DNA of 64,000 nt from Yuukianura sp. NJ FZ-2021 (Eukaryota), in the NCBI GenBank assembly GCA_046563655.1, contig CM102286.1, positions 2,852,001 to 2,916,000 of the forward strand. Direction: 5' to 3'. Each line of letters starts with the position of its first letter. Position 1 is the first letter of the stretch. Position numbers and translations under genes: made by a program. Shown piece by piece: positions 35,482 to 47,485 of this stretch. Below the pieces are notes generated by a model. The model had not been told where the DNA came from, did no database searches, and saw only the letters and a program-made list of their open reading frames with translations.

Positions 35482-37485
35482 CTAAGAACATTCAATCGGG
35501 CTTCTTTTCTGTGGTGAATTAAAAGTTGAAATACGTGGGCAAGGGAATGAGGATCCGTCAAAGCTACTTTCACTGCTGCTGTCTGAATGCTGTTTCTGGG
35601 GACTCATGCTCATGCGCCCAAACCGTCTCAGAATTCTGGACATTGAGAACCTTCTCTTCGCTGGTTTACTAACAGCATTCACAATAAAACTGAAACTTTG
35701 TTGTACTTCGGGTGAATTTTCAGCGACTGACAGTTCATAAAATTGAATTCCAAATTTCGAGGCCAAGGAGACGCCATCTTCTCGCTCAACGGCTCTCACA
35801 TGAACCAAATCACATTTGTTTGCAACAAGAGTCACTGGAGGCAGTACTGAATAGTGGGCAGAGAGCATCGAAAGTGCTTGAGTGGCAAATTCAAATGAAC
35901 TTTTGTCTGTAATGGAGTAAGTGAGAATGATCCCATCACAAGGTACTTCAGACAGAGGAACTCTAGGGGTTGAAATATCAACTATTTCCAGTTCCAAATT
36001 GGGATTTCCAGGCAGAATCTGATGGTAGACCATGTCTAAAATTTAAACAAAAACAGAATTGTTGATACTTTTTCATCATAAACACAATTAATTTTTAAGA
36101 CTTGTTTTTCTGCTGACAGTTCATGAGTTATCACCAGGTTTGTTTCCAAAAACTTTTCTGTTTTTGAGAAAATTGCAAACTTGTTGACTTTTTTCTGTTT
36201 TCCAAAATTTTCCGCAAAGACTAAAACTAGCAGACCACCGGAAAGCATAAAAGTCAGAACTTTTTGATGGATTAGTTCTTCCGATTTGTTTTTGTTACGG
36301 TTCGGTTGAATTTGAATTTTAAGGCGAAAGGTTGTAGGTCACGGGATGTTTTCGTTAGAAAAACCTTGCCTGCTGTAGTGTCTTTTTTAAAAAGTTGTTT
36401 AAGTTTTAAAACCTTGGAATTTTTGAAGTTGAGGGACCTTGTACTAAACAAGTATCCAACAAAGAATCCATTCTGCACTTGCTTTGGCATTACGAAAAGA
36501 GTTTGAAGGGGGAGTGACAGAATAGGCGTTTCATGTTGAGGTTTTTCAAGACATTTCAAATCCCACTGGAATTTAGATCAAAAAAATATTGCTTTGCACA
36601 CTTTGGTTTGGAACTAATCCAGGAATTTTTGTGAAACGGTGAAGGTTTTCACATGGCGCCGTCCAAGCATGTATGTTACATTACATATGTTGGAAATTCT
36701 GCAAAATAAATTCAACAGTTGAGAAAAAGGAAAATTTCATTCATCCGATTTACAAAATCACGACAACTTTTCAGCCTTCGCAAAAAGTCAAGATTTTTGG
36801 AAAACTTTTTGAATATTGAGAAGCATATGCGGCGCCAGACACAAAAAATTGGGACATCTAAACAAATCTTTCCTCAACTTTTGAAGTTATCATCGTAGTA
36901 TCAAGACGAATGAAAAAACAAACTTTTTTTTGAAGTTTTAAACAATTTTGACGCAATTTTCTTTTAAATTTTGGCAAAATGGGACCACACTGGAGCTTTA
37001 TGTAAAATTCATGAATCTATCATTTGGAAAAAAGAAATTTGGAACGTTTTGATATAATAAAAGCAAATCTTTAGCTTTTGAACTTTTTTTGACATACTTT
37101 TTGAATTTGGTTTCTTATTGTGTGGTTCTGCGCGCGTGTTTAAATCTAATCTGATGTTCAACAAGTTTGCAATAGTAAGACAATTTTTAGAAAACTGCCA
37201 AACTTGTGTATTTTACTTGAATATTAAAAATTTTTCACCTGAATTCGAGTTGTACTCGCCAATGAAGCGTTTTGTGAGGTACCGGACTGTCAAAGCTAAA
37301 AATTCAAAAATTAAGAATTACAATCTTCAAGTACTTCAGGAAGTGTCAATAAAACCATAAAAGCTGTGCTCAATAAACATTCGGAGAAAGTTATTTTGAA
37401 AAACAAAATTTTTACCTGTTTTTCCAACCTGCTTGCCACCAATCACAGATATCCGAATTTTTGCTTTTTCGTCGGAACCCTTCAT
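35482..37485 (-). CDS. RERG/RasL11-12-like small GTPase (exons 37485-37416, 37295-37239, 36035-35482)
   Basis: G1 GGKQVGKT, ALTVRYLTKRFIGEY (RERG-family signature), NKCD (G4), ELSVAEN; phase-1 introns join the exons in frame. Confidence 0.9.
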
Positions 37486-38549
37486 TTCCAATGTGTACTT
37501 TGATTTCTCCAAAAAGTCTAAACTTGTTTCCTTTTTTCAAATGCGCCTTGAAGTTAGCTTGAATTGTCTTAGTTTATTTTCAGTGAATGTTCACAACTTA
37601 AGTTGTTATATGATGCACAGCCTGAGAGCAACTGTTCTAGAGGCACAAGCCGACAGCGGGTTAATATCCGAAATTATGAGAAAGGAATCCGGATTGAAGA
37701 GGACCGCGGCGGCGGGGCACCAGCAAGCTGCTCGTGGCGTCACTTCTTTTTGGCAGGCGTTTCTGCTGAAAATGAAAAACAAGTTGGACATGACGAAACG
37801 ACAGGGCACAGGGTTCATTAAATGTGTATTCAGACCTACACGCTTTGCGGTCCATTTTCCAGCCCACAACCGTTTAATTCTCTAGAAGCGGTTTTCAATG
37901 GCATACTTTTTGATTCTGACAAAGGATGAACTCAATTCAACTACTTTCTCTACTTTCTTCTAGGAGACACGCGGAAAGTGATACACGCTTTTCCTTTTCC
38001 GAAAATAAAATAGAAAAGCGTGCAAAACTTTTGACCCTAAAGCCTTTAACAAATGAACCTGACTATTATTCATTTTTTACAAGAAAAAAAATCAAACTTT
38101 TCAATATAGTTTAGAAGCTTTGTTTCATGGAGGTACTAAAATTTAAATTTGAAAAACTCTGTTGAAAGTCCACCTAGTCCTTGAAATTGTTTTCTAAATG
38201 TGCCAGGTCAGTGCACTTGTGAAAAAATGTAGCAATTGGGTTCGAGGTCACCGCTAATGGTTAGCATGCATCGAGCAGCCGAGTGCTAAATGCTTCACAA
38301 ACACTGTTTTAGCTTTACAACACCCGGGAGAAGTTAACGTGTCAAAAACGGATATAATTGGATCAACACATTATCGATTCTCACTACATCTGCTGGCAAT
38401 TTCAGATTAGATACGCAGCAAATGTGTTTTTCCGATGTGGACCTACTCCAGTTTGCCAGTAATTAATTTTTCCTACTCTACTCTTCATTTTTGCATGTCA
38501 GTTGGACAGTTCTGGACGTCAACAATTTAATTGAGAGATACATAAAGCT

Positions 38550-39232
38550 ACATGTACTTTAGGTGAGGACGAAAGGACGCAGAAATTATTTCAAGTGAGA
38601 AGCTGCCAAATAGGTGACTTGTAATGCACAAATAAGAGTTTTACGATTTCGATGATTTTTATATTGAAAAGTTCTTTTTGAATATAACTAACTTCCTGTA
38701 GTTTGAAATTTTATTGATTTATTTTTTGAAGTGTACCTTACTAGAATGTTATGTGTGATGCATTTTCTAGAAACAGAAAGGAAATTGTGGTGTCCCAATT
38801 TAAAAACAGCAGAGCTGTGCGTTCCGATTTCCCATCTACAAAGTTCCTGCCAACAAACACGATTGGACCAGGATAAAAATCACAATTAACAATCAATCAG
38901 AGTCTTACGAATTCAGATGCATGTACTATATGTGATAACGAAAGAAAGCACAAATTAGTTCAAGAGAGAAATCTGCCAAGTGGCAAGTAGGTTACTTTTA
39001 TTTCACAAGTTAAAAGAGTTCTATGATTTCAGTGATTTTTATATTGAGATGATATGATAGTGTACTTCGAATACAAAAAACTTCCTGAATTTTGAAATTT
39101 TATTGATTTGATGTTTGAATTGTACTTTGTACTTTAGAACTTAAGTGATGCATGAAAAGTACGAGAAGCGGAAATGAAATTTGTAGTGTTCAGATTTAAA
39201 AAAAAAAGCTGAACTGTGGCTTCCGATTTCCT
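38550..39232. repeat. Degenerate ~300-370-bp tandem duplication (non-coding)
   Basis: 38550-38833 aligns by eye with 38918-39232 (e.g. GATTTTTATATTGA, AACTTCCTG..TTTGAAATTTTATTGATTT, TTCCGATTTCC). Confidence 0.75.
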
Positions 39233-39323
39233 AACCAAAAAAAAAATCTACGTTAAACATTTTTTTTATTTGAATCAATTTCGAAAGTTTGGAACTGTGA
39301 TGAAAATCAGATTACCAAAATTT

Positions 39324-40088
39324 TCACAATTTGTTGAAAAATTGAACAACAAAGAAAAGTAGTGCAGAAAAAGTAAGAATTGAAGAAGCAAAAAGTGATG
39401 TTCCACCGCATACGCAAAATCCTTCTTTGATTCTGCGCTGAACGTATGCTTCGACATTTGACTCTGCAGAAGGATCCGAATTTACTTCTTTTTCCAACGC
39501 TTTCGAAAGTCCTTTGAGTGTACATTCTTCCCGCGTCGTTTTGGTGATACACTTAGCCTTATTGGCGCATCGATTGTCATATTTATTGAAATCTGGTCCA
39601 ACTGTAATGGAGTTTTTTGATTTATGCGCCAATTGCAAGAGTTCACTATGTGAACAGTAAGATCCAGGGGCAGCCAGGCACGAGTCTCCTTCCAATTTAA
39701 ACGTAACATTAATTCCTTGTCGTTCTACTTCGCCGCAGTCGCAGTAGCCCTTTGAAGTACACTGGAAATTCTTATATCCGTTGCAATAAAAACCTGGATA
39801 ATTGGCAATCGGCTCCAATATGTCCTTGATTTCATGAAATATTCGTTGAGCATAGTCACTCGACTGGATTCCGGTTTTGAGCAATTCAGCCTTTTCCAAA
39901 ATTATGTTTTCAGCATCTCTGAACTGTTGTTCTGCTGCTAGGTCGCAAGATTCCTTGTGACCCAGAGTCAGTTTTTTTAAACTCGCTTCTGTGAGGAATT
40001 TTAACTCTTGTTTCACTTGGGAATCATCATTGGCAACGCAAAAGCCAAGCAGTGCCACCAAAACTGCAGAAACCAAAATGAGCCTCAT
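39324..40088 (-). CDS. Cys-rich GPI-type surface protein, paralog A
   Basis: Signal peptide, 12 mature Cys in a family pattern, hydrophobic C-terminal tail. Confidence 0.88.
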   Translation of the reverse strand: MRLILVSAVLVALLGFCVANDDSQVKQELKFLTEASLKKLTLGHKESCDLAAEQQFRDAENIILEKAELLKTGIQSSDYAQRIFHEIKDILEPIANYPGFYCNGYKNFQCTSKGYCDCGEVERQGINVTFKLEGDSCLAAPGSYCSHSELLQLAHKSKNSITVGPDFNKYDNRCANKAKCITKTTREECTLKGLSKALEKEVNSDPSAESNVEAYVQRRIKEGFCVCGGTSLFASSILTFSALLFFVVQFFNKL

Positions 40089-40520
40089 TTTTTTGCCAGA
40101 ATAAAACTATTTCGATTTTTGATTTTTTTGAAACTGCTCAAACACTGTTTCTGGAGTGACCATCCAGGTTTACTTTGTATGCGTTTTAATGCTAACCTGG
40201 AACGGGAAAACGGAAACAAATTGTGGTGTTCAAATTCTTCAAAAAATAACTGAACAAACCCTGCGGCTTCATATTTCCTGTTTCGCAAATTCTCAAGACA
40301 TCGCCTTGGTTGGTTTAGCAAAAAAAAAAGTGCTGCTCATTTTAAAATTCAAAATCAAATTTTATTGGGTTTTGTCCAATACAGTTTTTGTTTCCCCAAG
40401 CGTAAAAACTCAAAGCTTAACATTAACATCAAAGTATTCAAAATATGAAAACAGGTCGTACCTTACACCACTTGAGTCAATTAACTTGAAGTTAATTGGC
40501 TAACATGAGTTCTAATAAAG

Positions 40521-41276
40521 CTAATAAACTGCAGATTTCATAAGAACGAACAAGGCCATGATTAAGGTGAAAACAGGAAATGCCAAAGTTGAAAAAGATC
40601 CACTGCAGAGGCAAACTCCTTCTCTAAATTTCTGAAAAGCGAAATCATGTAAGTTTTCAACTTGACCTTCTTCATCGAACAATCTCTTGGCTTCGGCTTG
40701 CATTGCTTCCAATGTACAAACTTCACCATTACTCTTGACAACACAAGAAGCATTTCCAGCACATCGAAAATCATTCTGCGCCACAAGAGCCATTAGAGTT
40801 CCGAGTGGATTGTCTTGTGATTGGCTCATGAGTTCCGCCGGAATACAAATTGATCCAGAAGCAAGGAGACATGCGTTGCCGTCTTTTTGGAAACTCATTT
40901 TGAATCCATAGGTTTCATCTGCTCCTGCGCAGTCGCAAACTCCTTCCGCAGTGCATTGGAGATTGTGGTTGCCATTGCAGAAGGTACCATTAATGCTATA
41001 CATGGTCTGACTAATTGTAGCGAATTTCGTTTCAAATTCTTCCAGAGTAAAAGTTTCCATCCGAATTTTGTTGAACGAATTCAAAAGTTGTGCGCTATGT
41101 TTTCCTTTTTCCTGTTCATTTTCATAGTGGCAGGGACTTCCGTAAGTCAAATTGCTCCTTTCATTCATAGATGACAGAAGCAGCTTCGCGACGGTCAGTA
41201 TTTCATTCGTGTCTAAGCTAGAAAGCACTTCGGTTGCAAACATCATGGACAACAGAACTCCGGCCTTCCAGTACAT
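40521..41276 (-). CDS. Cys-rich GPI-type surface protein, paralog B
   Basis: Same Cys pattern (FCNG..NLQC...CDC...CL.A.GS.C...RCA..A.C...CT...C.C), signal peptide and hydrophobic tail. Confidence 0.88.
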   Translation of the reverse strand: MYWKAGVLLSMMFATEVLSSLDTNEILTVAKLLLSSMNERSNLTYGSPCHYENEQEKGKHSAQLLNSFNKIRMETFTLEEFETKFATISQTMYSINGTFCNGNHNLQCTAEGVCDCAGADETYGFKMSFQKDGNACLLASGSICIPAELMSQSQDNPLGTLMALVAQNDFRCAGNASCVVKSNGEVCTLEAMQAEAKRLFDEEGQVENLHDFAFQKFREGVCLCSGSFSTLAFPVFTLIMALFVLMKSAVY

Positions 41277-42162
41277 AGTGGTGGTTTGGAAAGAACTTTA
41301 AAAAAAATTAAAAGAAAAAATGTTCGATTAATTAACTAATTGCGGATACAAAGGTGTCACAAAAAATTTGTTGAAAAATACAAAAGGAAATTTGACATAT
41401 TTTTTTCTTATTTCTCCTAGAAATCTAGTCGGTGATTTGTTTTTAATTTTTTTTTAAAACGTTACATTGTTCAATACATATTTTAATCCTTAACTTACTA
41501 GGTTCGGTATGATTCAAATGGTTTGCCTTTCACTTTAAAGAAAGTTTTGTTTAGTTATAGCTTCACTTTGGTTTTGAAAATTTTACTTCCGCTGAACGGT
41601 GTGAAATATTTTTACGTTTCTTCTATGCTTTGGTTTAGCTTAGAGAATGTATTTAATGTTACCTGAAGTAAGTCTTACCTAACTTCTATATACAAGTACA
41701 TTAAGTGGTTACCTCGAAAGCCACGCAAAAAAACGTATAAGCAGAAAGTCCCTCAACAGAGTACAGCAGTAGCACAATTAGCGCCGGGTTGAGGAAAAGC
41801 TTTCTTTTTAAATAAGATGAACCAAAAGGAATTTGTTTGACTAATGAACAAACCAGAAAAGCCGCGCTTCACAATTTTTTTTACAGTGTCAATTTTTTCG
41901 TTCACGTAACAATTGCAGTACGACTAGTAGCAACACTAGCATAACAAGAAAGCATAAATTTGAATCACATGTCAAAACTGAAAAGTTCAAATCGAGATTG
42001 GTATTTATTACTATTCTTGCTTTCTCAAAACAAATCTTTTAAATATTCGGCAACACTGCAATCAAATCCTGATCAACTACTGTAATGCTAACAATTTCTC
42101 AAATAATTTTACAACAAACGAAAAAAAGAACTTAAGCAGAGTGCAGAATCAAAAATTGATGT

Positions 42163-42843
42163 TCACGCGCACACGCAGAATTGTTCTCTGAGTCTGCGCC
42201 TTAGAAATGCTTCAGCATTCGGCAGTTGAGCAGGATTGGCTGCTAATTCTTTCTGAAGCGCTGTAACTATTCCATCAGATGTACATTCTTCACGGCTACT
42301 TTTGATGACACAGGAAGCCTTATTTGCACATCGAGTATCAAATTTGTCGGCTCGAAATGCTCCACCCAGTGCTTGGTGACCAACTTTTAAAAGTGTAGCA
42401 TGTGTACATACTGATCCAGGTGAAAGAAGACATTTGTCGCCTTCGGCTTGGTACTTTATCCCAGGTATTCCTCCAAACGGTTTGTCTGTCTCACAGTCGC
42501 AGTAGCCCTTAGAAGTGCATTGTAAATTACTGAAAATGTTGCAAAACTGACTTCGTGTTTTTCCAACAGAGTCAAATAATTTCCGCAATTCACGAAATGT
42601 ACGCTGGTTCTCAGTCTTTGATTGTGTACCGGTCTTAAGCTTTTCAGATTTTTTGGCAATTTTTTCTTCAATCTTTGCTGCTTGTTGTTCTGCACGAAAG
42701 TTACATCGTTGGTTATGACCCAGAGTGGCTTTCGTTTCAATAATGTCCAGAAAGAATTGAAGTTGTTGCAAATAAGAAGTGTCATTTGCAACACAGAAGC
42801 CTACCCATGATACCAGAATTACAGAAACCAAACCAAATTTCAT
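42163..42843 (-). CDS. Cys-rich protein, paralog A' (no hydrophobic tail)
   Basis: Closest to A (GFCVAND, TLGH, QCTSKGYCDC, RCANKA); stops right after CVCA. Confidence 0.85.
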   Translation of the reverse strand: MKFGLVSVILVSWVGFCVANDTSYLQQLQFFLDIIETKATLGHNQRCNFRAEQQAAKIEEKIAKKSEKLKTGTQSKTENQRTFRELRKLFDSVGKTRSQFCNIFSNLQCTSKGYCDCETDKPFGGIPGIKYQAEGDKCLLSPGSVCTHATLLKVGHQALGGAFRADKFDTRCANKASCVIKSSREECTSDGIVTALQKELAANPAQLPNAEAFLRRRLREQFCVCA

Positions 42844-43355
42844 TTTTTGTAATTGAATCAAAATGTTTCAATTCTAGTGTCTTCAGGTTATTAAAAACTT
42901 TTCAAATGTTTTCTTTTTAAATAACCTCCCGGTTTACTGCCCAATGCTTTAAATGCTGTTAGAGCGGGAAAAGGGAAGTGAATTGCGGTGTTCATATCCT
43001 GCGAAAGTAAGTGAACAATCCATGTGACTCCGGGCTTCCTGTTTTACAAATTTTCAAAATTCTGACGAGGAAGGGCGTATCCTTCCCAAATTTGAACAAA
43101 ATACAACTAGAGTTTACAAGTACATTTAAATTTGGTTATAACTTAAACACAAACGTTAATAATTTCAATACATTCCGAAATTAATTTTTATTAAAAATTA
43201 AAATCGCTAATGATCTCACAATTTTCGATACAAGCAAAGCATGCTTTCCTAAATACTCAAAGTTTAGCGTAACACTAACGACTTTGGAATAACAAAATAT
43301 ACTATAATGTATACACTTGAAGTAAAGTTAATTAACTAACATAAACTCCATTAAG

Positions 43356-44108
43356 TTAGTAAACTAAACATTTGATAAAAACCAACAAGGCCATGATTAA
43401 AGTAAAAACTGGAGACGCAAAATTTGAAAAAGTTCCTTTACAAACACAAACGCCCTCTTTGGCTTTCTGGAAAAAGAATTCAACTGGATTTTCAACTGGA
43501 CCTTCCTCAGCCTCCAGTCTTCTAAATTCCGTTTGCATTGATTCCAGCGTACAGAGTCCACGGTTACTCTTGACAATACAAACAGCATTCCCAGCACATC
43601 GATACTCATGCTGTACAGGTTTAGTTGTAAATGGATTGTTTAGTCTTGATTTTTCCATGAGTTCTCCAGGAGCACAAAGTGATCCAGGAGCAATGAGACA
43701 TACGTTGCCATCCCTTTGAAAACTCATTTTGAATCCATAGGATTCATCTGCTCCTGCGCAGGCGCAAACTTCGTCAGAATTGCATTGCAGATTTTGGTAG
43801 CCATTGCAGAAAACAGTAGGAATGGAGGCTATGGACTGAATGATTGAGACCAATTTGTTTTTGAATTGTTCCAAACTGAACGACGCGTCCATCCGAATTG
43901 TGCTCATCAAATTCAAAAGTTGCTTTTCATATTTTTGTTTCTCTTGTTCACTGGCGTAGTTGCATTTGGAACCGTAAGTCAAAACGTTCTTTTCCATTAG
44001 GGATTCTAGCAGCGGCTTTACCTCGGCTATTAGTTGATTGGGATCTAGACTAGAAGCGACATCGGTTGCAAATATCAAGGAGACCAAAATCCACGTCTTC
44101 CAAGTCAT
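43356..44108 (-). CDS. Cys-rich GPI-type surface protein, paralog B'
   Basis: Closest to B (CAGADE.YGFKMSFQ.DGN, RCAGNA, PVFTLIMAL). Confidence 0.88.
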   Translation of the reverse strand: MTWKTWILVSLIFATDVASSLDPNQLIAEVKPLLESLMEKNVLTYGSKCNYASEQEKQKYEKQLLNLMSTIRMDASFSLEQFKNKLVSIIQSIASIPTVFCNGYQNLQCNSDEVCACAGADESYGFKMSFQRDGNVCLIAPGSLCAPGELMEKSRLNNPFTTKPVQHEYRCAGNAVCIVKSNRGLCTLESMQTEFRRLEAEEGPVENPVEFFFQKAKEGVCVCKGTFSNFASPVFTLIMALLVFIKCLVY

Positions 44109-44940
44109 AGCGGTAGCTTGAATTTTTTTTTTTTTTTTTGAAAAATCTGTAAAAGAAAAACAAAACTAAGTTTTAGACAGATGAAGACGAACTAACTAAA
44201 TACAGAGCGTGCCACAAAAAGTAGAAAAAGTTAGTTTGAAAAATTCGTTTTCGACGAAATCCGTTTTTAAACTTTTTGGGCTTTTAGTGGTAACGTATTT
44301 TTCCTTTTCAAAATTCTTTCAAATAGAGTCTTACTGCAGAATTTGAATTCTTCAGGTTCCACTTTTTGTAAAAACTGAAAATAAAGATTAGTTTTGTTTG
44401 ACTTTGGCTTCACTTAGGTTCTGACAAATTTATTTCCAATGTTGAAAACTATTAAACAAATTCTTATCCTTCCGGAATGGTTTGGTTTAAACCAATTTTC
44501 AAAAAATCTTCTTTTTCTGAACTTCTTGCACGAAGGTTGTCAAAATATTAGTAATTTGTATCTGTCTGTACGTCGTTACCGCCAAGGTCAAAGAAAAGTG
44601 ATTTAACACAAACTGTAACCAATACTCCTCCGCCTGTTCATTAGCAAATCACTTTTCGTTGTTTATGGGTTGGTTTTGCACTGTTTAACTTATAACTTTG
44701 GAGGTTAACGAAACAAAATGAAAAGTAGCTACCTAAGCCTGTCCTGGAGCTAATGCTGATGAATAATTTAAGCTTTCCTGAGCTCTAAATGACAATAAAA
44801 TAGCTCACCTACTATGCAAAAGACTTTGGATTTAGTAAAGGTCACGTACAAAAGGTCACCTAAGAATGAGTTTCAGATGCACAATGTGGTTCGGCGTCCA
44901 ATGAAAACTTGTGTGGTAAACAAAAACTGTCACTGATGAT

Positions 44941-45136
44941 CAGACTTGCCAAAAATATCTTGCTCCCACGCCTGTAATGTTCGCAAAATCAATATTTCAG
45001 GTATTTTTTATTGCTAAATATTTATTAAATTTCCCATGCCCGTTAGTGTTAAATTCGTAAATATTTCGAGCTTTTTCAGTAAATATTGTATTTATTATAT
45101 TTCGCTGGGTTTTAATAATTACTTTTGGCAAGTCTG
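44941..45136 (+). mobile_element. hAT-type MITE, copy 2
   Basis: TIRs CAGACTTGCCAAAA / TTTTGGCAAGTCTG; TSD CTGATGAT vs GTGATGAT (7/8 match); internal homology to 10698-10902. Confidence 0.8.
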
Positions 45137-47291
45137 GTGATGATGAAAGTCCGGAATTGATTTTCAAATACCAAAGGACATTAAAATGGTTGGCGTTTGT
45201 CAGAGGACAATGGCTTTTCACTAGTTTGAACAACTAAAATTAAAAATTGAGCAACCCGGACTGTCACGTTAGGTTTTTGACTAACCTTGTCTAACATTGG
45301 AAACACGTCTATAAAACCGCATGAGGTTGTCTGTTTAGATGCTAATAAAAGTTGTACAATAAGCCTTAAGTGTATCCCGGATGGACTAATGACCTTACCT
45401 TTCTGCTTCCCACCGGATGGAGAAAGTCGAATTTTAGAATGCTGGCGGAGAAAGCCAGGTCTGTCGTTATGCCAACTCTCTTCCTGGCGCCTAGAGATGA
45501 ATTACTGGCTTCCTTCTTAGTGTTGCGGACTGTTTGTAAGGTACAAGAAAAGTAGACGTTAGAAGTACCAGCAAAATAGCACGACCAACTTTTTAGAGAG
45601 AGAGTATTTTGGGCGAAATTGGAAAACTCCGGGAAAAGGTGAGTTTTAGGCTTCTGCCGCCACCACCGTCATGTTGGAAACTGGGAACTTTTAAATTTGA
45701 CTTTCTCTATTACTCTGAACGGAGATGTCAGCTAGCGAGATGCGCTTCGGCTGGAGTCTCCTGGAAAGATTGCTGATGATGAGATCTCCCTTACCCTCAC
45801 GTAAGCACTGGAGCGTTCCGTACTTAGAAGCGTAACATGGCGGGGGTTTTTGGAATCAAGTTAGTTAGGTTGGATCGAAGGGAAGGCGTTGTTTTGAAGG
45901 GATTGTGGCCTATATATGGGAATTAACGGCCTTAGCCTATTCTGCAATTCAATAAGAACATAGCGTCTTTACAAAGGATTTCTTAGATGAACCGAGATGT
46001 GCCAGTTAGAAATGTCTAAATTTTAGGAGAAACCCTGCAGCTAAGGCATAGTTACCCCACGCAACGCTGTTCACTTGGCTGGAACTGAGGAATATTAATG
46101 CTTTTTTCATGAAATGAATCATGACGATGAGTCAAACCATCAAATCTCAAAACTAGTATAAATTATTGGAGCATAAAAATTTCATGGTGTTGGAAAAGAT
46201 GCGCGTCTTGAGCGTATTCCTGGCAACGTTTCCCCCTCTACTTACTTTCAAGTCAGTTTCTCAATTGAAACGAAGCTGAATTACAAAAGAAAACTTCAAA
46301 AAACGGAAATAGTGACAAATTGATCTAATCTGTTTCCTTCGAATAACAAATTTCAAAAAACGGAACAATTTTCAGCTATAAACAAAACACATAAGCAGTT
46401 GCTTTACCCTAAAAGATGAAACTTTTCAAATTTAAACTAAAAAAAATCGTCATTTTAGCATATTTTGAAACATATTCATTAAACATAAACCAAACACAAA
46501 CAAAAAATTGGTGCTAAACGTGCAAAGTTTGGCTTAGATTGAATCACTGTCAAAACCTATTGAAGAAAAACTTTCGCTTTTTTTGAAACTTTGACGGTTA
46601 TTACTTAGGATCAGTAATGGAGAATTTACATAAACTTTGAAAAGAGCGCTAATAATTCTTTGAGCCCCAGTGGCAGTTCACTTTGAACATGAAATATTGA
46701 TAAAAAAATAATTATGATGCTCTCCTGCCGAGTCATTGATGTAGAAAAAATGGCTTCTAGCCATTCCGTTCCCGTAATGATTTTTGGCACATAATGATGA
46801 AGAAAAGCGGCGTTTTTGCAAGTATTTGTTTGCAAACTTTCTCTTAGCTTTTGAAGTTAGAATCCAGGCAGTGCTAAATTTTAGACAGCAAAGAGCCGAC
46901 TTTTAGGAGACTGTTGAAACAGAGAAAAGAACAAAAGGATTTTGTTTGTTCTAGTTTAATTGAATTTTCAAGTAACAGTTTCCACAAACCATTAATTGTC
47001 CCGGTTTCTAGAGATGCTTTCCCACCGCAGATATTTAGCCAAAAGGCGTGTTCCAACTAACAAATCTATTTGAAGACTGGAGTTGCCGCGCAATTCAAAA
47101 TTACAAAAAAGGAACACGAGTTGTTTACGACTTTCACAAAGTCAGAGCATTCTGGATGTATCCAGTTCCCTTATTCTGCACATTTTCTTAATCAAGTTGT
47201 TTACAAGAGCATCCCAGAATTAACCTTTCAGTTTTCAAATTAAAAGTGAATTAAAAAAATGTTCACTCTTAGTGTTTTTTTATATAATTAG

Positions 47292-47485
47292 CATACATGC
47301 CAAAAATATTCAGTTCTCATGCCTGTAATGTTAACAAAATCAGTATTTTGAATTTTTTGTTTCTAAATATTTATTTATATACGATGCACTTAATGTTAAG
47401 TTCCTAAATGTTTCGAGCTTTTTCAGTAAATATTGTATTTATTTAAATATTCCTTTGATTTTCAGCAAATATTTTTGGCAATTAG
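47292..47485 (+). mobile_element. hAT-type MITE, copy 3 (eroded ends)
   Basis: CATGCCAAAAATATT...CCTGTAATGTT...TTTTCAGTAAATATTGTATTTA...AATATTTTTGGCA shared with the other copies; no clear TSD. Confidence 0.7.
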
